A DNA stretch of 64,000 nt, taken from the NCBI GenBank assembly GCA_963796685.1, contig CAWCMR010000015.1, positions 352,001-416,000 of the forward strand. Reading direction: 5' to 3'. The translations under genes were made by a program, and so were the position numbers. The stretch is from an uncultured delta proteobacterium. Lineage in GTDB: Bacteria; Myxococcota_A; Polyangia; Fen-1088. A model generated the notes under the pieces. The model was given only the letters and a program-made list of their open reading frames with translations, made no database searches and was not told the origin of the DNA. Shown here piece by piece: positions 33,927-44,267 of this stretch. Within the stretch, counting starts at the first letter, position 1. Every line of letters starts with the position of its first letter.

Positions 33927-34330
33927 CGCTTTCCCGGCCTCCGGCCAGGACGCGCACGACCGGGTTTGCGCGCGCGGCCTGCTTCAACGGTGTCGCGGGT
34001 CGTCGCCACCTTTTCGTACTTCGGCTTCTTGGGGTGGCGCTTGTACAGCAGGAGGGTACGGCCGAGGATCTGCACGACGTTCACGCCCGTTTCCGCGCCG
34101 AAACGCTCGGCGAGCTCGAAGCGGGTCTCGGGGCACTCGCTGCCGAGCTTGATCTTGATCAGCTCGTGGTCGAGCAGCGCTTGGCCGACCTGCTTGAGCA
34201 CAGCCTCGCTGGCGCCCTGCTTGCCGATCTGGACCACGGGGGCCAGGGGATGGCCTAGACCGCGCAAACTGCGGCGCAGCGGCGTCGAGGGCATGAGGGA
34301 CTTCTTGCGCGGACTGGTCGGTGCGGGCAT
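33923..34330 (-). CDS. yhbY: YhbY/CRM-domain RNA-binding protein
   Basis: [37 protein letters not shown]. Confidence 0.92.
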   Translation of the reverse strand: MPAPTSPRKKSLMPSTPLRRSLRGLGHPLAPVVQIGKQGASEAVLKQVGQALLDHELIKIKLGSECPETRFELAERFGAETGVNVVQILGRTLLLYKRHPKKPKYEKVATTRDTVEAGRARKPGRARPGRRPGKR

Positions 34331-34339
34331 GCGCTGAAA

Positions 34340-36727
34340 ATGCCACAGGTCCGCTCGTTCTCCCAGCGTGATAACATCCGAATCCGCCCAGGCCCCGGTC
34401 GCCAGGGGCCAGTCAATGGAATGTGTGACTTGGAAAGACCATCGGAAAAGAGAAATCGGGCCACCACGGAGAGCACCAAGCTCGCGCTGCCGCCCGGTGA
34501 AATCATCCCGGGGACGCGCTACCGCATCGTCACGCGCGTGGGCGCCGGGGCCATGGGGGCCGTCTACCAGGCCGAGCACGTGGATCTGGAAAAACGCGTC
34601 GCGCTCAAGACTCTGCTGGCCAACTCGGCCCGCGATTCCGAGGTGGTCGAGCGCTTTCGCCAGGAGGCGCGCGCCGCCTCGAAGATCGGCAACCCCTTCA
34701 TCTGCGACGTCACCGATTTCGGCGAGCTCCCCGACGGACAGGTCTTCTACGTCATGGAGTACATCGACGGCCCGTCCTTGCGTCGCGTGCTCGAAGTGGA
34801 CAAGCACCTCACACCCGAACGCGCCATCCCCATTCTGCGCCAGGTGTGCAAGGCTCTCGGCGCTGCTCACGACAAGGGCATCATCCATCTCGACGTCAAG
34901 CCCGACAACATCATGCTGACCACCAGCGGTCGGCGCGGGGGGATGGTCAAGGTGGTGGACTTCGGCATCGCGGGGCTCATCAGCGCCGAGCCGCAGCCCG
35001 AGAGTAGCTCGGGCGAGGATCGCGTCGTGGGCACGCCCGACTACCTGTCGCCCGAGCGCATCCGGCGCAAGGGTTACGACAACCGCAGCGACATCTATTC
35101 GCTGGGCGCCATGGCCTACGAGATGCTGACCGGATCCTGCCCGTTCTGGCACGAGGATCTGATGACCACCATCACCAAGCACATCACGGACAAGCCGCAG
35201 CCGCCGCGCCAGCGTGCGCCCGAGCTGGATATTCCGGAGAAGCTCGAGACCGTGGTCCTGCAGATGCTGGAGAAGAATCCGGCCGAAAGGCCGCAGAACA
35301 TGGCGGTGGTGGAGGCGATGCTGTGCGAGGCGCAGATCGCGGCCGGCATTCAGACCGAATGGGACGATCTGGAATTGCCCGCGGTCGATGACGATTGGCA
35401 GAAGAAGCTGGCCGAACGCATGCCCTCGCCCCGCTCGCGGCGTATGCGGCGAATGGCGCTGGGATTGGGAATGGTGGCGGTGCTCGGTCTCGGCCTGGCG
35501 CTGTACTTCGCCGTGCGCCGACCCAAGGAGATCGTCACCTACACGCCGGTCTACGTCGAGGTCACCAAGACCGACGAGCCGGGAAGCGTCGCCCCCTGGC
35601 TGCGCAAGGCCGGCGTCGCCGCGGGCGCCGAGAAGTTCTTGGACCCGGCCAACGATTCGGCGCTGTTCTACATCCAGCGGGCCGAGACCGAGGCCAAGAA
35701 GCTGGGGGTGTCGTCGGGCGGCGCCGCGCTTCTGCGCAGGCTCTACGGAAATCAGTTCCGCAGCCTGGGCAATTCCCTGCTCGAGGCGAAGCTGAGCGAT
35801 CTGGCGGCGGTGCGTTTTGCCGAGGCGTTGCGTTTTCTGCCCGGCGATGCCGACCTGCGCGTCAAGCTGGGTCTGGCCGCCGAGGCACGCGCCGAACCCG
35901 GGTCCGCGTCCGGCGTCGCCCCCGTGGCACGGCGCCCGGTCGACGAGTCTGCGCGGGCGGCCGCGGATTTGTTCTCGACCGCGGCGGCGGGACGATTCTC
36001 GCAGGCTCGCGTGGCCTTGACCCACTTGCTCGCCGCAGACAAGGATGGGTCCCAGAGCGCACGGCTGGCCGACGAGTTCAGGCGGCGTGCCCAGACGTTT
36101 TGGGGCGCCGGCAAACGCGACGAGGCCAGGCCCTACTATCAGCTCGTCGCCGATCTCGATCCCAAGGACTCCGTGTCGCGCGAGCGGGCGGACAGCAAGG
36201 ACGAGCCGACGCCAGTCCCGATCGTGGCCGCGGTCCCCGAGCCGGCGCCTTCCCCGGAGCCCGCCAAGTCAGGAAGAAGGAAGGGCGTGACCGGGATCGC
36301 GTCGGGGGCCTCCACTTCGCCGGCACCCGCGTCGCCCCAGGACGATAATGCGCCGAGAGATCGCGCCGCGTCGGCCAAGGCTGCCGCGGAGGGGGCCGGT
36401 GCCCTGGCCCGCGGCGACCTGGTGAAGGCCCAGCTTGCATTCGACCGCGCCGTACGCGCGGATGCCAGCAATCCCGATGCGGTTGCCGGGTTGGCCGAGG
36501 TCGCCTTCGAGAACGCTCGCTACACCGAGGCGCTCGACTACGGTCGCCGCGCGGTCCGCTTGCAGCCCAAGGCAACCAAGAACCACATGATCGTCGGCGA
36601 CGCCTTCTTCAAGCTCTTGCGCTACGACGAGGCACAGGCCGCTTACAAGCGCGCGCAAGCCCTTTCGCCGAACGATGAAGGCATCAAGGCCCGCATCGGC
36701 CGCGTGAAGGCCCGCCTAGGCGAGTAG
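34340..36727 (+). CDS. Membrane Ser/Thr protein kinase with C-terminal TPR repeats
   Basis: GAGAMG, VALK, HLDVKPDN, DFG, GTPDYLSPE; one TM segment; start uncertain. Confidence 0.95.
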   Translation: MPQVRSFSQRDNIRIRPGPGRQGPVNGMCDLERPSEKRNRATTESTKLALPPGEIIPGTRYRIVTRVGAGAMGAVYQAEHVDLEKRVALKTLLANSARDSEVVERFRQEARAASKIGNPFICDVTDFGELPDGQVFYVMEYIDGPSLRRVLEVDKHLTPERAIPILRQVCKALGAAHDKGIIHLDVKPDNIMLTTSGRRGGMVKVVDFGIAGLISAEPQPESSSGEDRVVGTPDYLSPERIRRKGYDNRSDIYSLGAMAYEMLTGSCPFWHEDLMTTITKHITDKPQPPRQRAPELDIPEKLETVVLQMLEKNPAERPQNMAVVEAMLCEAQIAAGIQTEWDDLELPAVDDDWQKKLAERMPSPRSRRMRRMALGLGMVAVLGLGLALYFAVRRPKEIVTYTPVYVEVTKTDEPGSVAPWLRKAGVAAGAEKFLDPANDSALFYIQRAETEAKKLGVSSGGAALLRRLYGNQFRSLGNSLLEAKLSDLAAVRFAEALRFLPGDADLRVKLGLAAEARAEPGSASGVAPVARRPVDESARAAADLFSTAAAGRFSQARVALTHLLAADKDGSQSARLADEFRRRAQTFWGAGKRDEARPYYQLVADLDPKDSVSRERADSKDEPTPVPIVAAVPEPAPSPEPAKSGRRKGVTGIASGASTSPAPASPQDDNAPRDRAASAKAAAEGAGALARGDLVKAQLAFDRAVRADASNPDAVAGLAEVAFENARYTEALDYGRRAVRLQPKATKNHMIVGDAFFKLLRYDEAQAAYKRAQALSPNDEGIKARIGRVKARLGE

Positions 36728-36754
36728 CTCGGCGAGCAAGGCTGCGAAGCCCTG

Positions 36755-36822
36755 ATCCCGCGATAGCCGCGGAAGGTCGTGGCCGTGGCCTGTTGTGACT
36801 GCTGTCGGCCAAGGCCACGGCC
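36755..36822. repeat. Hexamer-based palindromic repeat, copy 2
   Basis: ATCCCGCGATAGCCGCGGAAGGTCGTGGCCGTGGCC...GGCCACGGCC. Confidence 0.7.
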
Positions 36823-36956
36823 TCGTTGCGGGAGCACGAGGGCAATATCGCGCTTGACGTTTTGGCTCCGGCTGGTGCAAGGATCTCGGGGGTGTGGGGA
36901 TTGCGGAATCACGGTGTCGGTTAACCCCTTTTACGGAACGAATGGCGGAGGTCGTG

Positions 36957-38727
36957 ATGAGATTCCCGAAAAACAGGGTCGTTCTCGCAGTCATGTCTTT
37001 CGTCACACTGGCTTCGGCCGACGCCCGGGCCCATTGGTGCGATGACCTCTGGAAGCTCGGGTTACGACATCGTGGTCAAACCGGACAGCGACACTTCGCC
37101 CAAGCAGCTCTATGTGGAAAACCGCTGGGGATACCAGCTGACAAACTTCAAGCTGACGGCCACGTCTTCAGGCGGCGGCACCATCACTTTGACCCCTCCG
37201 ACGAACCTCAAGGTGGCGAACACCCTGCTTCCTGGTGAGAAGGGTGTCTGGAAGATTGCGAGCGGCAACCCGGCGAAGATCGAGGACATCACCTTCGACG
37301 TGTCGTTCGGCGATACCTCGGGCACGAACTCCAAGCAGTGGGCGTGCTACCCGGTTCAGGGGGCAAGCCCCGTCATGGTCGTGAAGAACGACGGGAGTCT
37401 CTTCCCAACCGCCATCACGGGCATCGACAGTCCCAAGTCCAACACGGCCCGCGGTTGCTCACTGGGCGACGTCGGGCTGGGGACCTCGCTGCAAGACCAG
37501 ACCATCGCGGACTGGGAGGACGCAGACGCCGGATTCGACGCCCTGATGCATATCTACTGCTCGGGCCGTGGCTCGTGGGGCACCGCCGGTCCCGTCGGAA
37601 ACTACGCTGGCGAAGGCGTAAGCCCGAGTTACTGCAAGGATAGCTCCAGCACGACTTGCCCGGCCAGCAAGCCGACGGCCTCCCCGGGCTCGCGCTCCGA
37701 CTACATGCACCTCTGGGCGGCCGGCGCCCTCGCCATCCGCAAGTCGGCGCTGGGCGCCCGTCTTCCGGTAGTTCGCCAGCGTCTGAAGTGCGGGGCGAAC
37801 GACGGGGATCCAGGCATCGCCGGGTACACCCTCTTCGTCCTCGGATATCTGGGTGACGACCCGGACGCCAAGTCCTTCCTACAGAGCCAAGCCGGCGCGA
37901 GCGGTGACATCGGCACGATTGCCAAGGCCGCGCTGTATCTGATGGGCGACACGACCCAAAAGTCCGCCGTGCAAGCAGGCGTGCAGTCGAGCTCGGTTTG
38001 GGTCAAGGTCGCCTGCGCCGGGGCACTCGGCATCGTGGACAAGGACGATGCCTCGGTCAATTCGGCCATTATCCCCGAGGTCAAGTGGATCGAGCCAGAC
38101 ACGCTGGGCGGCACCACCGACAACGGCAAGGGTATGTACGCAGCGCACATCCTCGAAATTGTGGCCTTCGATCGACGTGGTTGGGTCTTCAAGGGCAATG
38201 CCGATGGACCGGTGACATTTTATGGGGAGACCGGCGGCGGTACTGGCGGAACACCGGGAACGGGTGGCTCGCCCGGCAGTGGCGGCACCGGTGGCTCTGG
38301 CGGGACTTCGGGCGCCGGTGGGGCCGTGGGCAGTGGCGGTCGATCGGGTGGCGGCGGTACCACGGCAGGGTCCGGCGGCTCGGGTGGCTCGGGTGCCTCG
38401 GGTGGCTCGCCAGGGGTTGGCGGAAGCACCAACAACGGCGGTCAGGGCGCGGGTGGCGCGCAGGTTGGCGGCTCGGTCGGCTCGGGTGGCTCGGTCGGCT
38501 CGGGCGGCCGTGGAGGAGACAGCTCCAGCAGCTCATTCGGCTCAGGCGGCGCGACCGTTTCCAGCGGCGGCAACACGACTTCGTCTGGTGGCACGACCGG
38601 GACAGGCGACAAGGCCCAGGGAGACGGCTGCAAGTGCAACTTAAGTGGGAGGCCCAATACGCCGGTCCTTCCGTTCTTGGTCACGGCCGGGCTGGCGCTT
38701 CTGCTCGTGCGCCGACGCCGTCACTAG
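36957..38727 (+). CDS. Secreted Cys-containing protein with Gly/Ser linker and MYXO-CTERM sorting signal; frameshift near 37050
   Basis: Signal MRFPK...ARA, HWCDDLW; C-terminal GCKC + hydrophobic stretch + RRRRH. Confidence 0.85.
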
Positions 38728-38809
38728 CCTGCCGATGTTGAAGTGATACGAAATGGACAATCGCCACAGGTTTCGGGGCCGATTCCACGGACCCGTGAAG
38801 GAGAAATCG

Positions 38810-39421
38810 ATGACTCGTTTTGACTCGCTCGTTCTCTGCGCCACCATGAGCGCTGGACTTCTGGCCTGCGGTAGCAACGGTACATCCAGCAAGGATCCCG
38901 TCAGCCTCATGCCCCTCGACAATGCCGTGTCAGGCTGGAACATCGACACCAGCCTCAACGGGAGCGTGCAGCCGATGACCGCAACCACGAAGGCTGAGGC
39001 CATCGGCCTGATCGATGGCGCAGCTGCTCCGTTTTACAAGGGCTCCTTAGCGCCCAAGGAGTTTGTCTGGCAGAACTATGTCAACACCAGTTTGCCCGCC
39101 GCTCCACCGCCCAAGGGAGCCGGCCTGGTCGCCTACATTTGGGAGATGCCGTCCGCAGATCAGGCGAGCGGGCTCTATACGGCCTTACTGCAGGAATCGG
39201 AGTACTCGGGCAATTGGCAGCCGACATCGCCACCCCTGGGCGTCGAGTCGCGTATCGAGGACACGAACACTGCCTGGTGGGTCAACTTCCACAAGGATGT
39301 ATTCTACGTCGAAGTCTTCCTCTCTCCTTCGTATGGACCGTCGCCTGACTACACACCTGGGAACACCGACCTCCAGGCAGAAGCCTTGCGTTTCGCCCAA
39401 GCCATCGCCTCGAAGATCTAG
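38810..39421 (+). CDS. Hypothetical lipoprotein
   Basis: Lipobox LLAC; AGGAG RBS. Confidence 0.8.
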   Translation: MTRFDSLVLCATMSAGLLACGSNGTSSKDPVSLMPLDNAVSGWNIDTSLNGSVQPMTATTKAEAIGLIDGAAAPFYKGSLAPKEFVWQNYVNTSLPAAPPPKGAGLVAYIWEMPSADQASGLYTALLQESEYSGNWQPTSPPLGVESRIEDTNTAWWVNFHKDVFYVEVFLSPSYGPSPDYTPGNTDLQAEALRFAQAIASKI

Positions 39422-39481
39422 CAACCGCCGGTGCCAGCGCGCACGGAACAAGCCTCCCGACGGTCTTTGGGAGCGTTCGCC

Positions 39482-40822
39482 ATGAGCACCTTGCCCCTCC
39501 GCTGGCGCGCGCTGGCGCTTGCCGTGATGTTGGGCGCCTGCCGCAGGCGTGCCCCGGCAGAGCCAACCATCGACTGGAAGCCCGGGGCAGGCACCCGTGC
39601 CGAAGCCGCGGCGCTGCTGTTGCTCGACAAAGACGGATTGGCCAAGGTCGTGTGTCTGCCCGGGCGCACGCAAGAGCGCCGGCTCTTTCCCGGTGTCGCC
39701 TTGGGGCGAGTCCTGGATGTCCGCTGGAAGGGAGGGCCTGTGGTCGCCGGAATCGCGGCCGCTCCTGGCGACCCGAACCAAAGTCCGGAAGACGAGCTCC
39801 TGCTGCTGGTACCGAACGGCGGCCCGCGCAGGCTCGCCAAGGGCGTGCGGACCGCTCGCTTCTCGCCCGATGGTGCGGCCCTTGCCTATGAGGTCGCTCA
39901 ACCTGGCAACAGTGGCGCAGCGGGGAAACTGCCAACGATCTACGTGCGCGACCTGAGTGCCGGTACCGTGACCGAGCTCGGCGCGTTTGCGGATCCCTTG
40001 TGGGGAGCCGATGGTAAGTATCTTTTCGCCACGAAGCTGCGCGCCATGGTCCAAGAGCGCCAGGCGTCGCCCGCGCCATGGACCTCGCTGCGGGTTCGCT
40101 GGGAACGCGAATCCGGTACCGTCACCATCGACGGCCCCGGCTCCGCTCAGATTCCTGCTCCGATCGGCGAGGCCGTCGCCTGGTCCGAAGAACAGCGACG
40201 CACGGTCGCTCCCAATCCGTGCGCCGTGCTTCTCAGCCGCAAGGGCGGGGTCAGACACTCTACCGTGGGGAGACTGTGCATGGGCATCGCCGACGACCGC
40301 GCCGCGCGCTGGTCGCCCGATGGGCGGTGGCTCGCCTTCCCTCACCCGGGGCCCGCACAGGGCCATGGAAAGACGGGTGGGGCCTTCGTCGATGTGGTGG
40401 GTGTCGAAGGCGGTCGCTATCCGGCTCTGTCTGCGCTGCGTGCTCGGGCCAACCCGGAGCAGCTTGCGATTGCCACCGCTCCGCTGACGGTGTGGTTCGA
40501 CTGGTCGCCATCGGGTCGCTTCTTGGCGCTGCACGACGGGAATAGCGATGTGCGCGTGTACGATTTCGAGGCGCATGGCACGGCCTCTTTGGGCAAAGGT
40601 CAAAGGCCCAGGTGGAGCCCGGGCGGTGCGTACCTGTTGCTCCTGGCACCTGGGCAGGTGGCTGCAATTTCCCCGGACCGGCGGGGCCAGACGGCCGATG
40701 CCTCCGCCTTGGACGCATTCGTGCTGTCCGGGGTTGCGCCAACGGCGAGGGTCGATCTCGGTCCGGTGCGAGACGCTCGCTGGTTGCCGGCCCAGGCATG
40801 CGAGAATGGCCAGGCCTTCTGA
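39482..40822 (+). CDS. TolB/PD40-like beta-propeller lipoprotein
   Basis: Lipobox LGAC; FSPDG, WSPDG, WSPSG, WSPGG repeats. Confidence 0.85.
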   Translation: MSTLPLRWRALALAVMLGACRRRAPAEPTIDWKPGAGTRAEAAALLLLDKDGLAKVVCLPGRTQERRLFPGVALGRVLDVRWKGGPVVAGIAAAPGDPNQSPEDELLLLVPNGGPRRLAKGVRTARFSPDGAALAYEVAQPGNSGAAGKLPTIYVRDLSAGTVTELGAFADPLWGADGKYLFATKLRAMVQERQASPAPWTSLRVRWERESGTVTIDGPGSAQIPAPIGEAVAWSEEQRRTVAPNPCAVLLSRKGGVRHSTVGRLCMGIADDRAARWSPDGRWLAFPHPGPAQGHGKTGGAFVDVVGVEGGRYPALSALRARANPEQLAIATAPLTVWFDWSPSGRFLALHDGNSDVRVYDFEAHGTASLGKGQRPRWSPGGAYLLLLAPGQVAAISPDRRGQTADASALDAFVLSGVAPTARVDLGPVRDARWLPAQACENGQAF

Positions 40823-40855
40823 GCTCATGGCGCGGCGGGCGGACCCGCGTTGCCG

Positions 40856-41860
40856 CTAGAACGACCCCGCGAAGCCCGCGCTGGCGCTCATGGTGGTGGT
40901 CCCTGGACGTGGCGCCAGATAGAGAAAAACGCCGCCGATCGTCCCTGCCGCCGCGCCCAAGCCGACCATGGTCGCCGCCCACCATTTGGTGGAACGAACC
41001 CACGGGCAATTGCCGTTGACGTCCTGCTGGTCGGCCGAGCAGGAGATCGGGTGGTTGTCCAAGGCCATGGTCACGATGCCCGCGACGAGCAGCGCGGCTC
41101 CGCCTGCCACGCCTCCCCATCCTGCCGCACGGTAGGGAAACTTCGACGGGATGGCCACCAGATCCAGATCCATGGCCTCGTCCACGCCGCTGACCACGGT
41201 GAAGGTGCGAGACAGGGAATCATGGCCGGGTAGCACCAGCTGTACGTGGTGCGGACCGCCAGCCAATTGTGCCTCGAGCGGCGTGACGCCGGTTTGTCGG
41301 CCATCCATGACCACGACCGCCCCGGCCGGACGCGAACGGATCGTGAATCGGGCCGGCGCGCGCGACACGGCTTCCAGGCGCTCGCGCAAGGCGGATGCGG
41401 CCAGACCCATCTTTTCTCCAGCCTCCTCGACGCCGCAGGTCTCGCAGCGCTCGCGGTTGCTGGCCAGCACGCCGCCCGTGCGCCCGTTGATGATCTCCAG
41501 GACCATGGTGTAGGTCTTGTTGCTCTCGGCGACGTGGGCCGTGATGAGGTAGCTCGCGGCCAGGGCGCTGGCCATGGCTGGATAGCAGGCGGCGTTTTGA
41601 CAGGTAGCCAGGGCCTGATTCGGTCCGGTCAGGGCCTGTTGCACGTCGCTGCTGCGCAAGACCTCGAAGCGCGCGGCGGACAGTCCCTGTACCAGGCGTT
41701 GGGCAAAAAGGTCCTGCAGGCCGTCGGGGATCTTGCCCTCGAAGTCCAGGCGCGCGATGGCCACGCGTTGCGAACCGGCGACTTCGGTCTGGGCCATGGC
41801 CGGGAGTGCGGCAAGGATCACAGCGCCCAGACACACGAGCGAGCGGGATAGGGTTGGCAT
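40856..41860 (-). CDS. PEGA-domain protein
   Basis: IRSRPAGAVVVMDG...GVTPL; signal peptide; C-terminal hydrophobic segments. Confidence 0.88.
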   Translation of the reverse strand: MPTLSRSLVCLGAVILAALPAMAQTEVAGSQRVAIARLDFEGKIPDGLQDLFAQRLVQGLSAARFEVLRSSDVQQALTGPNQALATCQNAACYPAMASALAASYLITAHVAESNKTYTMVLEIINGRTGGVLASNRERCETCGVEEAGEKMGLAASALRERLEAVSRAPARFTIRSRPAGAVVVMDGRQTGVTPLEAQLAGGPHHVQLVLPGHDSLSRTFTVVSGVDEAMDLDLVAIPSKFPYRAAGWGGVAGGAALLVAGIVTMALDNHPISCSADQQDVNGNCPWVRSTKWWAATMVGLGAAAGTIGGVFLYLAPRPGTTTMSASAGFAGSF

Positions 41861-41940
41861 GGCCGTTCATTTTACAAAGGAATCGGCATGAATTGCGCTC
41901 TAACTGCTAGAATCGAAGAACCTGGCGTAGGAGAAATAGC

Positions 41941-44224
41941 TTGAAAACGGAACGCATCTGCCTGGTCACGACAGGGCTCCTTCTTGGTCTGGTTGCGTCC
42001 GGTTGCCAAGAGCGCAACCCGGCCTACATTCAGAAGCCGGTGCCGTCCGACGCGGCCGTGGGCAGCGAGACGCCGCCGGATGCTTTCGAAGTTGGAGTCG
42101 TTCCGCCTGATACCGCGCCGTCACGCGCCGACGCGCGCGATGCGACCACGCAGAGGCTCGATGGCTTGGTCGACGGCCCTGTCGGCGAGGTCGGGGACTT
42201 TTGGGATGCGACATCGGGCGATGCGCGCGACGCCTTCCGGGATACGCGCGACGCGCGCCGAGCCGACGAGGTCGGTATGGATTCCTCGGGTTTGGACTCG
42301 GACGGGGACGGGATCGTCTTGGCAGATGGGCCACTCGACACTCCCTCGCCTTCGGAGGTTGGCCCGGATGTCGCGACTGAGTCGGACGTCACCGACGCGA
42401 GCGTCGATTTGCCGCCCCTTTGCACCGAGTCGGACACGCGTGCTTGCTCGTCGCCCGGCAACCCGTTGCTTGGCGCTTGCCACGCGGGTACGCAAACCTG
42501 CACCGATGGCGCTTGGGGGCCTTGCGTGGGCGAGACCCTGCCCGCGGCAACCGAGCTGTGCGACGGCCTGGACGACAACTGCAACGGCATCACCGACGAG
42601 GGGTGTGTCGAGGGCTGCGTGGTCGTGGCACCCGGTGGGGACGACACGACGGCTGACGGCACTCCGGGCAAGCCCTTCGCCACCATCGGGGCAGCCATGG
42701 TCCTGGCCGGTGCGCAGGATGGCGGCGCGCCAAGGCGGGTGTGCGTGGCGGGCGGCGCCACCTGCAGCGACCACAACACCTATGCCATGGCCGCGCCGTT
42801 GGTCATGGTGAGCGGCGGGCTCATCCAAGGCAACTACGCGCTGGCCGGTTCCGCGCTTTCGTACTGCCCGGACACCCGGCCGCCCACCACGGCCATGCAG
42901 TTCACCGCGTCCGAGCAGGGCGTGGTCTTCGACCCGAGCGTGGTTCTGCACACCGAGCTGAGCGGGTTCGCCATCGAGCGCTTCAGTCCGGCAAGCGGAT
43001 CGACCGCGGCCGGGCCTATCTCCGCGGTCCAGGTCAAGGGTGGTGTGAACATCACCTTGAGCGGGATCTTCGTCACCGATGCGCCCAGCAGCGACACCAC
43101 CTACGGCGTCGACGTCGAGAGCGGCGGCCAGGTCACCATCGTGGGATCGGCCATCGGGGGTGGGGCGGGGCGCTTGGCCGCCATCGGGGTGTACGTGAAC
43201 GGTGGGGTGGCGAATCTGCGCGGCAACTGCGATGGAGAATCGAACGGTCTGTGCAATTCGTCCTGCGCCGAGGGAAGCTCGGTACTGGGGATCCGCGGGC
43301 GTTCGGGCGCTGCCATCGCGAATGCGGCGGCCGACTCGTCGGCCGTGTACGTCACCGGAACGTATCCGGCCAAGACCTCGATCGTGGCAAACAATCTGTG
43401 CGGCGGCGCGGGCACCGCCGCCGATGCTGTCAGGGGGGCGAATCTCAGCCACCCTGCGCTGCGAAGCCGGAGCCTGCGCGACCATCGCCGGCAACAGCAT
43501 CGACAGCGGCAGCGGCCGCCAAACCATCGCGGTCAATCTCCTCGGGGGTGGGGCGTTCGTGGATGGCAATCTGATCGTTGCAGCTTGCGGAACCGATTCG
43601 TCGACCGGTGTGGTGCTCGACGATGCGCCCGCCAGGCTGCAGAACAACCGCATCGTCGCCAGCCCGTGCTCCGCCGGCACCACCGGGCTCTCCTACGGCG
43701 TACATATCTTGTTGGGCCCATCCACGGGAGAACCCGATTTGCATTCGAACGACATCGAGCCCATGGGCGCGTCCGGTGATTGTCAGAGCATCGGCGTGGC
43801 CATTGATAGGGCCTCGGGCGACGCCTCCTCGGTGGGCATTCTTCGCAACAACATCATCTCTGCCGGAAACTGCCGCAAACGCGTGGCCGTCGCGGAGCTC
43901 TCTGCATCGTCGGCTCGAATCGTCGAGAACAACGATCTCTATCCCGGCCCGATCTCCTCGGCCACCGACCCGGCTGTTCTGTACCGACGGGCAGGCACGG
44001 ACGCGCAGAGCGCGGCAGACGTCAACGCGCTCGCAGGCGCGGCGAAGAACATCTCGGCCGACCCGAGATTCGTCAACTACCCGACCGACCTCCACCTGTC
44101 GAGCACTTCACCCTGCGTCGATCGCGGGACCTCCGTCGGCGCCCCCGTGACCGACGGCGACGGCAACCCCAGACCGGAAGGAGCTGGATTCGATATCGGC
44201 GCCTACGAGCTCGTCGTGCCGTAG
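41941..44224 (+). CDS. Cys/Asp-rich surface lipoprotein with a beta-helix-like domain; frameshift near 43440
   Basis: Lipobox ASGC; ELCDGLDDNCNG; GTPGKPFATI; C-terminal NISADPRF...SPCVDRG...DIGAYE. Confidence 0.82.
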
Positions 44225-44267
44225 GCCTGCATGGCCACGGACACCGGTGCGCCGTTTGGTTCGTCGT

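Noticed and set aside
32968-33987. 532-aa SOD fusion
   Set aside because: Alternate-frame read-through over punA; sodB has its own RBS and GTG.
34331-36025. 700-aa YhbY fusion and other long antisense ORFs
   Set aside because: Shadow ORFs typical of high-GC genes.
38230-38610. Gly/Ser repeat as a DNA repeat element
   Set aside because: Ordinary low-complexity linker before the MYXO-CTERM signal.
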